A stretch of DNA of 64,000 nt, taken from Klebsormidium nitens (taxonomy: Eukaryota > Plantae > Klebsormidiophyceae). Below, piece after piece: positions 34,001-54,700 of this stretch. The notes under the pieces were generated by a model. That model was given only the letters and a program-made list of their open reading frames with translations. It did no database searches and was not told the DNA's origin. Each line of letters begins with the position of its first letter. Position 1 is the stretch's first letter. Made by a program: the position numbers and the translations under genes. Location of the stretch: the NCBI GenBank assembly GCA_000708835.1, contig DF237153.1:31227-95226 (forward strand), written 5' to 3'.

Positions 34001-37000
34001 CGTGTGGCCTCTGCGAAGTCTTCGGTTTCTTAGTTTCGAAGGGGCCGCTAAAGCAAGACTTACGTCGTGCAAGGTGCTCCCGCGAACACCAAGAGGTTCA
34101 AAGCGTTTGGCATTACGTGCAGCCTCTGCAAAGTCTGCGGTGATTTGCAGATCTAAGGGGTCGTTAAAGCAAGGAGTGCGTGACTGTCGGGCCGTCCTGG
34201 ACGGCTGCAGTGACGGTTTCAATGTTTTGCTGAATTGGTGCGCTCTCGTTCGGACACTCCTGGATTCGGACGTCCACACTTTAGAGGCCTCCATCACGGG
34301 ATGTTGGGCCGACTGCCTTACTGAAATCTAAAGAATTCGATTCTTGAGTATCAACTACTTTTAGGGTTCAGAATCGGGGTTCCGGGCAATGGGCATGGCT
34401 ACTCCGAGACCACAAACTAGTCCCGAGACCACAAACTAGTCCCCAAATGGTTTGCTTGGGGTGCGGCGCAGTCAGAATCTGGACCTGCGCAAGAGTGATC
34501 CAATGTGCAAAGCGTTCAAACAAAATCGAGGCGCGGTTACGGCTCACCCTTGTACGCCCTCTTCTAGTTGGTAGAACGCGAGAGGGACCTTCCTAACCCC
34601 CTGGGTTAAGAAGGCCGCCCCGATTGTCATGATGACGACCGACCCGAGCCAAACTCCCATTTGCGAGAGCGTCAGCGTGCGTGCTGCGAAAAAGGGCAAA
34701 AAGTATCAGACGCTCGTTGCGTCCAAGCAATTGCGGACCTCGATGAGTTTGCAAGCAAGAAAACTTGACCATAATGTCGGAAAGGGAGCACTCCCCAAAA
34801 TCGAAAGGGATAGACAGCACTTTGACGCAAGAAGCGAGGCATGCGTTCCGAAGACAAGCATGCTTCTAGGCTGATGAACAACGGACAACAACTGGTACGT
34901 CAAGAAGAAAGGAAGGAGGTAAACTATCCCTCTGTCGGAATGCAAGGCGTATCTAGTACGGGTACCGCGGAGCCGCCCCCGGTTTGCAAGCACCGTCCCC
35001 AACTACAGTAACAGTTCAAGAGGAGGCGCGAACAATCCCGTCTCAGTGAGGCGACCCCTCACCTTTTAGATTGACAAAAACGCTGTGCAGGAACTTCCGA
35101 TACCCCTCGAGGATGCCCAGCGAGATGATGACCGACGAGCCTTGCCCTGCAGGATGACCGCCGGGGTTAACGCCGGGTTATGCTTGAAACCACGTTCTGG
35201 CTTGATGAGTGTGAAAGGAACGGTTTTGCCGATGTCCCTAAACGTAACCGAAAGAAGTGGCGAGACACCGACCAGCGGGCACAACTGAGCTTGTCGACGG
35301 GCCAGCTTTTTGCTAGGTGCGTTGCAGGCGACAACCTGATATCAACTTACATCGGTCCTCGCACTTGTGATTGTTCGTATTACGAGTGACAGAAAAACCA
35401 ATCGAGTTTCAAAATCGATCTTCGTTTGAGTTCGTGTATGGTTGCACGCGAGCAATCATAAGAGATTGTCAAACCATTCCGGCACAATCCTCTGGTGTAA
35501 CAAGGGATTATATCCCGAGTGCCTTAGGACACATCTGAACAACATGAGGATTGAACAAAAGCCCAAACAAGACTCACCGAATCCGAGTTCGCCGATCTGT
35601 TTACTGAGCCATGAGAGGACTTTTGCGCCCAGCAACAGGAGGCTCACGGTCCACAAGTAGTACGAGAACCTGAGACAGCATACGTTGGGTGTCAAAAAGG
35701 AGACAAAAGTAACCTAGTTCGGAGTACCCTGTTTTGGGGTGCTGGATACCTAATCACGCCTGCTCTACCCTGACAGGACTTCGAGAACATTTGAGCACTT
35801 TCTGCTCAAAAGAACAATCAAAGGCGCCCAGTGCATCAATAATTTGAGAATTTTAGTATCAGTCCGCCGCACCCTAAGCAAGACGAGAAGGTCAAAAGCG
35901 GACCGTGTGGTCGACTTACGGGGAGTCCTTGTAGTAGATTGCGTGGGCTCGGCTTGTGAAGGCCACGAAACTGGCTTGGAGTACGGCTATGATGTCGGCA
36001 CACCTCTTCCTGGATGCCAAAAAACACAGTGGGTATTAGCGGGTTGGAGGCGCGTCTTCGTTCTTCTGAATGTCTACTTGAACCCGCGAAACGGCTGAAA
36101 CGCCCGCGAATATGCGGGTTACGGTGACCTACAGTTGGTCAATCAGTCAAGTGACTACTTTGCACAAAAGAGTGATAGATCCTGTGCAGTGCGCTTTATC
36201 GCTGGCTACGACTTTTTCCAACTCTCTTCCTAGAAGCGCTGATTCGGCAGAGCCATTACATTTCTGCAATAGTTTGTTTTCCCAAAGCTTCTTGGCCATC
36301 TAACGGCCAAGTATTGGCCAGGCCAATCAAACGTTTGTGAAACGATAAGACCAACAAAACATCAAGCGGATACAGGCTACAAAAGCTGAACAAGATCCCT
36401 GAAGTTCGTTGAAGATTCGAAGAGCTCACATCTCCTGCTTCAATGCTTCATTTCCGTCGGGCCCCTCTTCCTTGAGCGTCTTCAGGTATGGAATCACGTT
36501 CGACAGGAAGGAGATGACGATGGACGCGCTGATCTCGGGGCCGACCCCGAGTTGGAAAATGTTCCACGGGACCTCTGCGCTTAGGTCACCCAGGGGCGCT
36601 GCAGGGTTAACACCTTGGTTAGTGATGGTTAAGTTTCTTCAACCGGGCACGACAACCTTAAACCGGGCACGAGATTCAGGTGCGAATGATGAATTCACGG
36701 GTGGCTGTGTGAACGGGCCAACAGGGCTACGGAAACCCCTGGTGGTGGACTTTACTAACTGGGAGCTCGCAATCGGATTCGTCCAGGACTTAGCCTTGAG
36801 CTTCCTTGACAGAGACTGCGTTCAAAGTACGGTTTCTGTGTGACTGCTGACGTAACGGGCTCTTGGCATGCACAAAATATGAGTTTGAAGGACCGAATGC
36901 CTGGCGCTTACAAGGTCTTTTCGTATGAAGAGTAAAGCTGGCCAATAAAATCTTACGCGGGCCAAATCAGCTTTGCTGAAAAAGACCTCCCGCTCCTAAG

Positions 37001-38529
37001 CGAATGAAGGCGTACACACCGCGAACAAGTCCGCCAAACTGACCTACATAAAATGAACGTTCGACTCATCCTGTGACTGCTGGCAAAGAGGGTCAACATG
37101 GCGTCTCCCTGCTTCAGCCAGGAAAGAAACAAGATTTTCTGCTCACAAAGTGACCCCGAGGCGAGATCCATGGCCGTGCTGTGGAAGCGCCGGTCGAAGC
37201 CGGGCAGCGGGATGTAGTACCCCCCCCTCACGACAAACATGATCGCCAGGGTCACAAACAGCCGTTTCCGCAGCTCGCTTTTGAACAGACCGTCGAGGAA
37301 GTCGTTGAACTGGATACCGAGCTTGGTGAGCTGGAAGAAGAAATACTTTGGCTTGGGGGGTGGCTGAAAGGACTGAAAGTCTGGCAGGCTTGGGGCGGAG
37401 GTGGAAGCGTCGGGGGGGTAAAGCCGGTCGCGGAGCTGTGGGTCTGCACAACAAAAGAGGTTCAAGGACTACCAATCAGGTGCCAATCTGTGCAGCGGCC
37501 TGAGGTTGCTATTCTGAGCACCAATTTTGCAACATTTCAGATGGTTCTGTAGCGGCTGACCTGTACATTAGCCTAGAAGGGTCACTCAGAATTGTGAACA
37601 AGCGTAAACCTGCGAACGAGTCTGCAGCAAAGAGGATCTTGGGATGCTATCTGGCGCGCTTTCCGAGCCCCTGTGTCTACCGTTGAGACGTTCTAGAGGA
37701 TGCTGAAAATATACGGAGAAATATACAGACAAGCTGATGCTAGTCCCGACTGCCAGAATTGACCAGTGCTCCTCTGATCTTCAATCTAGAGAACTCAATT
37801 TCTTCAACTTAGAGAAGGTCAAGGGGCCTTGATGAAATGGTGGTGCGCCCTTGCAAGAAAAGACTTTCTGGAAGAGAAGCTCAGAGACAGACATATCGGT
37901 CAATTCTTCATTACTCAACACCTTATCTTTCTCGCCAGATGCAACTGATGCCACCGCTTTGGTTTTGAAAGGTGGTGCGGTGATTTAGAAGAGAGTTGCG
38001 CAGCAGCAAGCTTGTGTGTCATGAGGTGCCGGCAGCAGCACATTCCTTTTTAACAACAGTTCTGAGGAACAGAAAGAAACTGCTGTGGAAACGGGGTTTT
38101 CGGACTTCAAGGTGTCTAATGCACTAGCATGAGGTGCAAGAGGCCACCATGGTTGCAAGTACTTCTTCACTTGCCTTCAGAGTCATTGTGGACAAAAGGG
38201 GTCCCCATTTGATCGACCCCAGAGATTGCTTCCGCTCGAGTGTGCACTCTTCTCCGCCGGACTCCCCTCCATCCCCACCGCTCAGGCCCCAAAACATCAC
38301 TGCCCTCCTCTTTTGAAATTTTCAACGTGGCCCTTCTTGTTTCATTGGCAGAGTACCTCCTATTGCGCACAACTTTTGGGAGAATGCAACCTACACTTTC
38401 CTTTCTATCTGTATGAAAAGTATCAGAGTGCGCTAAAGCCAACGTCCGCTGCTTCAGCGTGCAGGTTGAATTTACGCCGCCACAAAATGATTGCCAACTC
38501 CCAAGGTTGACGGCTGCACGCGCTGCCAT
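31062..38529 (-). CDS. SCY2: Plastid preprotein translocase SecY2 (inner-envelope Sec2 system)
   Basis: Exons 38529-38175 (GC donor), 37443-37147, unresolved micro-exon, ~36574-36430, 36009-35920, 35669-35578, 35146-35063, 34683-34548, 33741-33625, 32858-32741, 32335-32212, 31466-31357, 31166-31062. Motifs FKSELRKRLFVT..YYIPLPGFDRR, FQLGVGPEISASI, GFGQGSSVII, INPGGMQPI, LNQIGARVPQIRPGRQTVQYL..VQTSARFWG and IGFTSMLILVGSI resemble plant SCY2 rather than SCY1. The N-terminus looks like a transit peptide. Confidence 0.9.
33725..34170 (-). repeat. Tandem ~110-115-bp repeat made of intron end + first 16 nt of a SCY2 exon
   Basis: Unit cgtcgtgcagggtgctcctgcgaacaccaagagg...aaggggccgctaaagcaagactca. 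Acceptor positions at 33742 (real), 33857, 33965 and 34080. Confidence 0.9.
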
Positions 38530-39656
38530 TATGAAATCTCATGAGGGGTGAGCAGAATCCTGCTTATGCATCAAATAAGAATGATGCACCAACCCCTTAG
38601 CTTAGTCAACACGTGCGCAATGCCTCCACTGCTCCATGAAGGAAAGTGGTGCTTCCGAGTTCGTTCATGCCCTTCCTTTTTCGCTACCTCCTCTTTAACA
38701 CCATGAGCAATCTGCGTGATTACTTTGAGTCTACAACACGAGTACAGTGTCAAGAAAGCTTCGAGCATGTTGCTTGCCACTCAGAATCCATGCTTTCTAA
38801 GTTTCTTCTCTCCTTCCAATGCTCAGTCAGATTCAGAAAAGCGACAATCAGATTCGACAATCTGTCCTGAGAGTTCATACTTCGCATTTAATAGTATTTG
38901 GGGGACAGGATGCGATTTGGAGACTTTGTTGTGGGACCCTCCAACCATTGTGAAAGTTAGCGGACTTGACCTGCCTTGAGTAAGCCCGTTTTCCTGTCCT
39001 TTTTATTCGTTCATTGGTGGTCAGGGGCGCCAACTTCTTGAAGTGGATTGTTGAAGACGTTGGTCAGCAATGCAGATTGGCAGGTTCTCAATGCCGCTTG
39101 TGTCGGCTTAATGCAATCGCCTTGCACCAATTTGTTCAAGCATGCAACTCCTGGTTGATTGATGCATCTCAAAACAACCGGAGCTTTTGAAGCAACCACC
39201 TTTTGGGCATCACTTAGCTGCTGTCCGTTGTTGAACAGTGTCTTTTGCAAGGAAATGAAGAAAGGTCACCATCAGCAAGATCAGCGCTTCTTGGTTTGTG
39301 TTGTCCCCCTCCGTTTTCGACACTGAATGCAGAAGCCAAGCATACAGAAAAAGTCTTTGCTCTCATAAGTAGAGCAGTTCACGGATGCGTTGCAACATAG
39401 AGGTACTTTCTTGATGCTCCCGCGGATCATTTCGCCACCTTAATGTATATACTTTCTCTCTCAACACCTGGACACTATTTGCTCCCCAAATGCAGGCCTG
39501 CCAGGACAACCTCTTAAAGGAATCAGACACGTCCGTTTCTTTTTTGTTACCTAGATCACCAGGGTGCGGGAGAGGCGGCCACCTGCTGACACCTAGTGGT
39601 GGCCCTCATACCTCACTCTAGAACTTTTAGCAATCAGTGCACTAAGAGTTCAGACA

Positions 39657-47074
<7,418 letters not shown>

Positions 47075-47831
47075 TTTGTACAGACTCGGCCACTCCGACC
47101 ATCTGTAACATGACCCTTGCAGTAATCTTCCTGACTGTGATTGTGCCGCCGTCAAGCTTTGTACTGCATGTGTCAGTGTAAATGTAGTTCGACGGAACCA
47201 TGTAGTGCACGGTCTTCGGCATGTACCCGAAAAGTCCGGAGCTTATGTCACCGGACATGGTCTTTGAAAGCTCGAAAGACAAATCGTATTCATACAATAC
47301 ATTGAGCTCACAACAATAATTGACAGTTCAATTGCAGCTATAAGACGATAGCCACTGAAAGCTCCCCAGACGATCCAACGAAACTTTCATCAATAATGGT
47401 ACTGCTGCAGCAGATGCCGGGCACGTCTATGCACGCATGCAGAATGTACGATATGCATGAGCTACATGCAGTACAGCGTGGCCCATATAGTATGTTAGTA
47501 TGCACGATCAGTATATGCCGCTCTTATCAATTTGAACGCGGTTATAGTGTGCGCACTAACACAGTGCACCTGGCATGCATATGCATGCATCTAATGCACC
47601 GGACCTGGAAGGCGTACTGATTGCGCGCCCGGCGCTCCTAGCTGATTTAACATCTGCAATGTGCTTTTTTCTTTCTTACTAATGCAGCGGATGGTTTGAT
47701 CGTTGAGCTGACTCATGCAACGTTGATACGTGGACCTCGCTTCAAATACCGTGATTGGCTGGAAAGGGTGCGACATTGAACGAGCGCTCTCATTCAATGT
47801 TTTGGGCTATCGTTCTGGATTACATGGCACG

Positions 47832-50800
47832 CTAATCCACACTACTTTGACCCTGTTGCGGTTCGTCATCGATAATCTCAGCTTCGATCGCACTGCCACC
47901 CTTAAAGCGGCCACAACGAGGATAGTGGCACCATTTCCCGTTGAGTATGGTTGGTTGCTCAACGTCGTAAGAAAACGCAATAATGAGCTGGGGTAAGGGT
48001 GCTTTACAAAGAAAGCGAAAGTCAAAAGGCGACGTTATCCTCCCTCTGCAAACATGCAAGACATTGGCATGAGTGACTTGGCCTAGAGCCTTGGATGTTT
48101 GCACCACACTCAAGAAGGCGACCTCAACGTGGCTAGTTTCAAGCACACAGTAAGAAGAGTTCGCTTCCGTCATTTCCACTTTTGGGCTACAGTGTCAAAA
48201 GCGAGGAACGCATGCTAAGTTCGCTTTGGAAAAACGACGTAGCACCGAGGATAATAGAGACGGCAAGGCCTGATGTAATAGCCATTCCTCCTCAAACCCC
48301 TTCCACTCAAGCTTGCAGCCCTTATTTAAGGTCCCGTTGCTTGAAAGGCTCGAGCTTTAGTCGAAGGGCCTCTTTACCCAATGCCAGATGCGCACAGCAT
48401 AGAACACTTTTAAGCACAGCGAGAAATCCTGCCGAATGCAACTGCCGTCGATGCTCAACAACCCGCAGGATCGTCTTAAGATGGATGCTACGACTTCAAT
48501 TGCCGCTCATGTAACCGCACATGACCTTTCTTTAAGAAGCCCCGAAAAAGAGAAAGCTCCTTTGAGCAACGGCCGCATACTCACCTAGTCTTGAGTGGCT
48601 GGGCTCGGTTGACTGACCCACCCAACTCGAAGTCCTTGTACGGAAAGGTAAGCCCCAAGCGCCCATTCTCCTTGAAGTTGTCAGCTAGCCAGGGCCAATT
48701 GCGGAAGAGTGCGTATCTCAACAGTCCAAAGTCGTTTACCTGGAAAACGCAAAGTATCAAAGGTCGACGTCAAGTAACAGGTCCTGAACCTTCACAGGTT
48801 TCCCCCAGCAGATAGCCAGGGACTGAGAAATTAAACTTGAAAAGCCGCTGGACATGTGACCAACTCGGTACTGTCCTAGAAACGGGAGGTTCGTCTCGAG
48901 TTGCAAAGATGAATTGAAGATATCAAGAAGCCAATACCTCTGGTGACGAGATGTTCTGTAAAGACGTCCAATACCTCTGGTGACGAGATGTTCTGTAAAG
49001 ACGTCAATGGGACTTAAGGAGGCAGCTTCTCTTTGCAATCAGCTTTAGGGTCTCAAATCGTCTAGAACTCATATGTGGCAACGGCAAACAATCACACTGC
49101 ATCGTACGCTCTACACTTGCGAGCTTCCTTCGATGGTACAGAGAGCTCTCACCCGGACGTTTATGTAGTTTGCTCCCTTCTCCACTTTCCCAAGAATCTC
49201 GATCAGTCTGCCAAAGATTGGGACGGGCATCGAAAGGGAGCAAGACGCTCCATATGTTCTATACCCCGGCACGTCGGTCATTCGTTTGAAGACGGCTTTG
49301 GAGACTGCCATTGCATAGAACTCCTCCAAGGCCTGAACGTCTAGGTAGCCTTTGTAGCTCGGAAGCGCCCCGATGTCGCCCCCAAACATTTGAGAGTCGG
49401 CAGCCCGTTTTCGAGTCATCTCTACGGGTTCAAGGGAAGCTGTTTCGTCTACGATACGAAGACTTTGCAGGCACAAGTGGCGGGTTGGTCGATACCACCT
49501 CCTTTGCCACACAGCGTACGAGGCTTGATCGTAAAAGACCTCGGCCCTCCCTTGAAATGAATCGAGAAGAAAGTTGTCAGGTGCGGAATTGTGCCTTTAA
49601 TGAGATGACCTTTGGAGAACAGAGGCGGGAGCAAGTTGCGGGGTGATGATGCGTGCCCTGTTGACACTCTAGGACAAAGGTAAGGCCATGGTTTCCAATC
49701 ACAGTGGACAAACACGAACGCAAAGGATTCGGAAGCAGATATTCTGATTTGTCCCCTTTCTCCGAACTCGAAGCTTCAGTCCCATGGGTAACGTCGAAGA
49801 TTGCTGGCACCGTGTGACACATGTTCTTCACATGCCCATTGCAATAGCTTCGTATACTACCTTCTTCCACAGCATCAAGACTGCTCCAATCATGAAGCAA
49901 AGCGTTCTGGATAGCCGTAAACTATAAAGCGACGAGGTCTGAGAATGCTTAAGAGAAAGACATGGGGTTGTTTCCTGGTAGTGTTTTTAGTCCGACCAAT
50001 CTTATCGAGGGCAACAAAGGTTCGTAATAAGAGCATGATTGTTCCCAAAGCACTCAATAGAAGATTTAGATCGGACATGAACAACAGCGGCTCCCAACAT
50101 CAAACTTGCACGCACCTTGTACGGATTCTAACAAAATGATGCATAACCCCTCAGTGTCCACAAGCGTAGCCGCTGGGTGCAAGGTCGTTTGAAGCCGAGG
50201 ATGCATTTCAGCAATGGCCGCAACAGACAGAAACTTCTTTCCTCTTACGGCGCATCCGTTGTCAGAAAATCGAACAAGGCACTCAAGTACCTGCCAGGCG
50301 AAGAACGGTCAATGTCAGATCCTTTGAACACATCAGAAAATTGATATCTTTGTGGTGGCACTTGCACACGCAGGGTCGCTAAGTCCTTGGGAGTTCTGGT
50401 TTGAGCTGAGAAAGTAGCACCATCTTTCCAACCTTGAAAGCACAGAGCAAGAAACAGATGATTGGGGCCCGGGAGTAGAGAAAGAAGAAGGATTTGAAGG
50501 TGCCTGAATTTCAGAAGTGGTGGCTGAGATAAGGATCTCAGGGAGGTCCCTTCAGTCCATGGCAAGATAAGATCTAGCGTTGAATCAAGACAGTCAATCA
50601 TGCTAGAAGTAGAAGCTTTCTTTGAGTAAAGTCTCCTTAGTCCATACTGTCGCTCAATCACTTTCCTCAACAACCTCAATCCTCCATTGACAATCAGCAC
50701 TTCCGCAATGCTGGAAATTCGTCTTCCAAAATCCATACTCACTTCAACTACTTCAATTCGCCCCGTTCCGCTTTCTCCATCCTCATTTGCAAGTTTGAAG

Positions 50801-51042
50801 TATGATCCTGGCCATACTTCAAAATCGTGCTGGCCTTGAGATACTCTTTGCAACCATTGGCCTGTGAAGCCTGAAACGTCCACATACCTCTCCCCATCGT
50901 ACGTCTTGAATTTTACAGCAGAGCTGACGAAATGGCTTCTGCTTTTGATCGGGGCTGGATCAGCTAGTGTGGTGGCATCCTTGCGAGCAGATTCTTTTGA
51001 GGTCTCGGATACCTCTTTGTCAGTATCCGCTGCGGAACTCAT
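47832..51042 (-). CDS. Multi-exon gene for a protein of unknown function; exon structure only partly resolved
   Basis: Long first ORF with ATG at 51042 (MSSAADTDKEV...; open to 50245). Further coding-looking blocks with splice sites lie at ~49906-49600, ~49500-49115 and ~48740-48586 (VNDFGLLRYALFRNWPWLADNF), with a terminal exon at ~47990-47832 (LIIAFSYDVEQPTILNGKWCHYPRCGRF). No family recognised. Confidence 0.55.
48932..49005. repeat. Perfect 37-bp tandem duplication
   Basis: caatacctctggtgacgagatgttctgtaaagacgtc occurs twice. Confidence 0.95.
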
Positions 51043-51758
51043 GGTCCTCTTTGAGATATCGCAAGTTCCACTTGCCCGCCGCTCTTTCTGGACAACTCGA
51101 ATCTCTAACAAGCAATGCAACCACTTTTCTATGCAGTGGGCCCTCCAAGCAATAGCAAGAAGGACTCTTGCACTCTACAAGACTCCTTTTGAGGGATTCA
51201 CTTGACCAAAACAGCAGGAGGTCAACTGCAGGGCCCCCAATTGGAAGTCTCGAGGACCCTTGCAGAAGCAATGCGATGCAGTGTGGTGTTTGCAGTGGCT
51301 CCAAGGCTGCAATTACAGCTATAGCCTATAACGTGACACCATCAACAAAGGCCGTGTCCGTATGTTCCTTATTAAAATACGCTATATCGCGGGTTTTGGC
51401 GTCGCCAGTGTGTAGTTGCTGGGCCAGGGTGTGCTGAAGCCCTGAAGCCTGACCCTGACGAAACCGTGACCCACAGCATATGAAGATTTCATTGCATGTC
51501 GTCACAGAATCAACTCAAACTCAAGCGGATATCATAAAAGAAATATACATATGAGCACAATTGACCACCCGCAACAATCTTCGGAGCAGACAGTTCTGAA
51601 ACAGTGGAAGTGAAACTCAATGTTCAGTGAAAGGGAGGAAGAGCGCAGTCTATGAATAGTATGATGCGTTTTTGCTGCTAGAGTGCTACTCAGAAAGGCT
51701 GTTTGAAGCGTGCACGAGCCTTGTGCAAAAGAAAACCTGCTCTGCGGCTCTTGAGACA

Positions 51759-54700
51759 ATGGCATTCACCCTCACGCAGGCGGTGCCGTCTTGGCCTGTA
51801 TGCAGCGAAGCAGTTGTGCAAAGACGGGCAAGCGCTTCCTGCCTCCGGTCTGCTCCTTGCCATCTGCATGCACAGAGCACCTCTCTTTCTTCCCCCACCA
51901 TACACAAGTCAATCATCGCCCCATGTAAGCGAGCCGCTTGCCGACATGACCCCGCGACATCAGCTCTCAGCAATTTAGCAGGGAGATTGTCTAGAAGGGC
52001 AGAGGCTCTGAGAGGAAGCCATGGGCTTCGAAGTGTGAGAGTCAATGCAGCTGGGGATGAAGACCTCCCGCCGGAGTTGGCAAATGATGAGGACGGGAAG
52101 TTTGCAAAGATCAACCAGGGGGACCCTGCATATGGCCCAGCGGTCAGCTCGCTTGCTGCTTTTTCCAATCTGGTTTAGTGCCTGACCAAATTACAATGCT
52201 CTCATTTTTATCGAGCGATGGATCAGTGGTTGTGGCACTATTGGCTGCTGAATTTGAACCTTGTATGGAGACTTTGTGGTTGTAGCCCTTGATCTTTCAA
52301 ACTATACTCAAGGCAGCACTGTTTCTTTTCTGACTATTTGTAGTCAGTCTATTCACTTGTTTTGCTGCTCTGACCAGTGGCCAATGACTGTTTATAATCC
52401 CGCAATGCAAGACCCCACAACATTGGACTCCGCTATAGAAGTCAAGACGATTGAATGATTAAGGCGGCATCTGCCAGGGTTTTCAACGCTCCCAGGGTTT
52501 TCACCCTTAGACGTTTCAGTCCTGCAAGAGTCTGGTCCCAGAAGTTCTTTGCCTGAGGGTGTTACCTGGAGTAGTGCCTTAAGGAATTGCGAAACTAGAA
52601 GTGGCGCCCGGCGGTATATCAGCTTCACATGGTGTCGAGCTGCCGACATTTCAAAAAAAATGAAAGCAAGCAACAGCACACACTTTTTAAGCCCTGCTTA
52701 GGGAATTACATGAGACATCACTATCTACAAGCACTCGCATACCATTAAATCCTGCAGAAGCTGGTCACTCATGAAGCTTCTGGCGCCACCTCAAGATCTC
52801 ATGCTGAACGAGCAATGCTTGCAGTAGAAACCAGAATAATAGCACTTGGAAGAAAAGCAGGGCTAGTGCAAACGTTCAGGCCTGAAGAAAGGCTCGCATC
52901 AATCTGTCAAAAACTTTTTTGCCCACCGTAATATGAGCGTCACATGACATGGCACGATAAATAAGTCACTCGACAACTTTTAGTTTTATTCATTTGTTTT
53001 ATCTCGCAGGCTTTACTTCTATTCGGGTTTACTCCCGAAGAAAAGCAGGACGTAAAAGGCCTGCTCGACGAGATCGGTGGAGATTTTATGAAAGTAAGTG
53101 GTTTGCAAGATTTGCAGCCCATGCAATCTGGTCTCATCTGACTTAAAGGCCTTGAGACAATCAAGAGGTATCAATTTGCCGGTCATAGTCATGCTTTTTT
53201 GACCGCCGGTTCTGCTAAGAGGACAGAGGAATGCGTCACTCTGCTAAGAGGACAGGGAAGAACGTCAAGGGGCTCGCCGTTGGGTTATTTATGCATGTGG
53301 CCACCTTTCTTCCACTCCAGTCAGTTTGTTGTCGAGTTGGCTGTGCGGTAGCTTTGCTGGTACTCCCTTGGTTCAGGAAACTTCTGTGCTAGGCGGAGAC
53401 TCATGTACCCTGCAAAACGTTGCGCACGAGAAACCCCACTTGTCTGGTGTAGGTTGTTCCCAGCACAGTCGTCAGATCTTCTGGTCGCACAATATCGGAT
53501 CCTGACGTGTCCAAAATCTTTCTCTGCATTTCCGCAGATTGTTCAGGCGACCTCAGACATGCTAGACGGGACGCTATGGGACGCCTTTGGGCGGGTTCAA
53601 GTTCAAAACCCCCCAAACCTGGCGGTCGACGTCCCCCGGATGTGCTTCATTTCCGGACTAACCGGGGAGGAGCTCATGATGCTGGTGGACGCATTCGGCA
53701 AGAGCAGTGAGTGCTTGCCTGCCATGCACACTCTCTGTTCTTGTGACACGTCACTGGTCAAGGAATATGCTGCTTGACTCGAGTCTCGTTTTCTGCCCAT
53801 GCTATGAAGCATCGTGTTCCTATCTTGTGCTTTTCGACACTGTTTTCTTTCTGTGGCCAGCCTCGTCTTGCTTGCCTGGTCGTCTTGCGTGGTCATCGTG
53901 CAATCCAGTCTCTACCCTTTCAATGAGTCGCTTGCTGTGCTTGCAATTTGATTGATCGCCTTGGGCCTTCATCAAAGTTGGCGTAGGCCGTCACATTGAC
54001 GGCATCATTGAAACCGTGACGGCAGCAGCAGATAACCGACATCCTTCCTCCGTTGAATCAACCAGGTGTTTCTGTAACATTCTCCTTCCATTCACTTCAA
54101 ATTTGTAGATTTTTACCATCCGATAAGCGAAAAACCGCGAGCCCTTTCCCCAATCGAACGGCTTAAATGCTGGCTGTTTGGCAGAAGAGTTTTCTGTCAT
54201 GAAACTCGTAACGAGTCGCTAGGAGTTTCCACTACACATCCGTGAAAGTACCACTTATCTCGTTCTGACGCTTTCGGCTGCACATTAAGCCTTTTGGTTC
54301 GACGTAGCCCTGCGCAATGTGTGGACGGATCCTGGTGAAGATGAGTCTCATTTGAGTCGGGGAGCACTTTCTCTGCAGTTCATTATTCTGATCTTTTATG
54401 CTGTCTTCTTCCTTTTCGCCGACCGTTGTATCTACTTTGGCTGCGGATCTACCCCTCTCCACCGATGGTCATCAAGCGCCTGACTTCCGCACTGGCAGAA
54501 GGTCTCGTTGCGTTCTGTCTCGTTGTTAGTGCGGACGAAGGCGTCTTTGAAATAAATTCCTTCTCCGCCGTAAATGGGGTTGGCTCTGTTTTGCGCGGAT
54601 GCTTTTTCAGCAGCTTTTACTGGATAGTCACCCCTCTCCTTCTCTACCTCCCTGGTGGAAGTCTTGGCTGATTTGCATCGTGCGAAGGCTGTCAGACCCT

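Noticed and set aside
31062-38529. Thylakoid SCY1 or bacterial secY (HGT/contamination)
   Set aside because: The gene is spliced with a transit peptide, and its motifs (IPLPGFDRR, SARFWG, IGFTS) fit SCY2.
39011-39250. 79-aa Cys-containing ORF in the SCY2/LAP divergent region
   Set aside because: TTG start, no signal peptide and no recognisable family.
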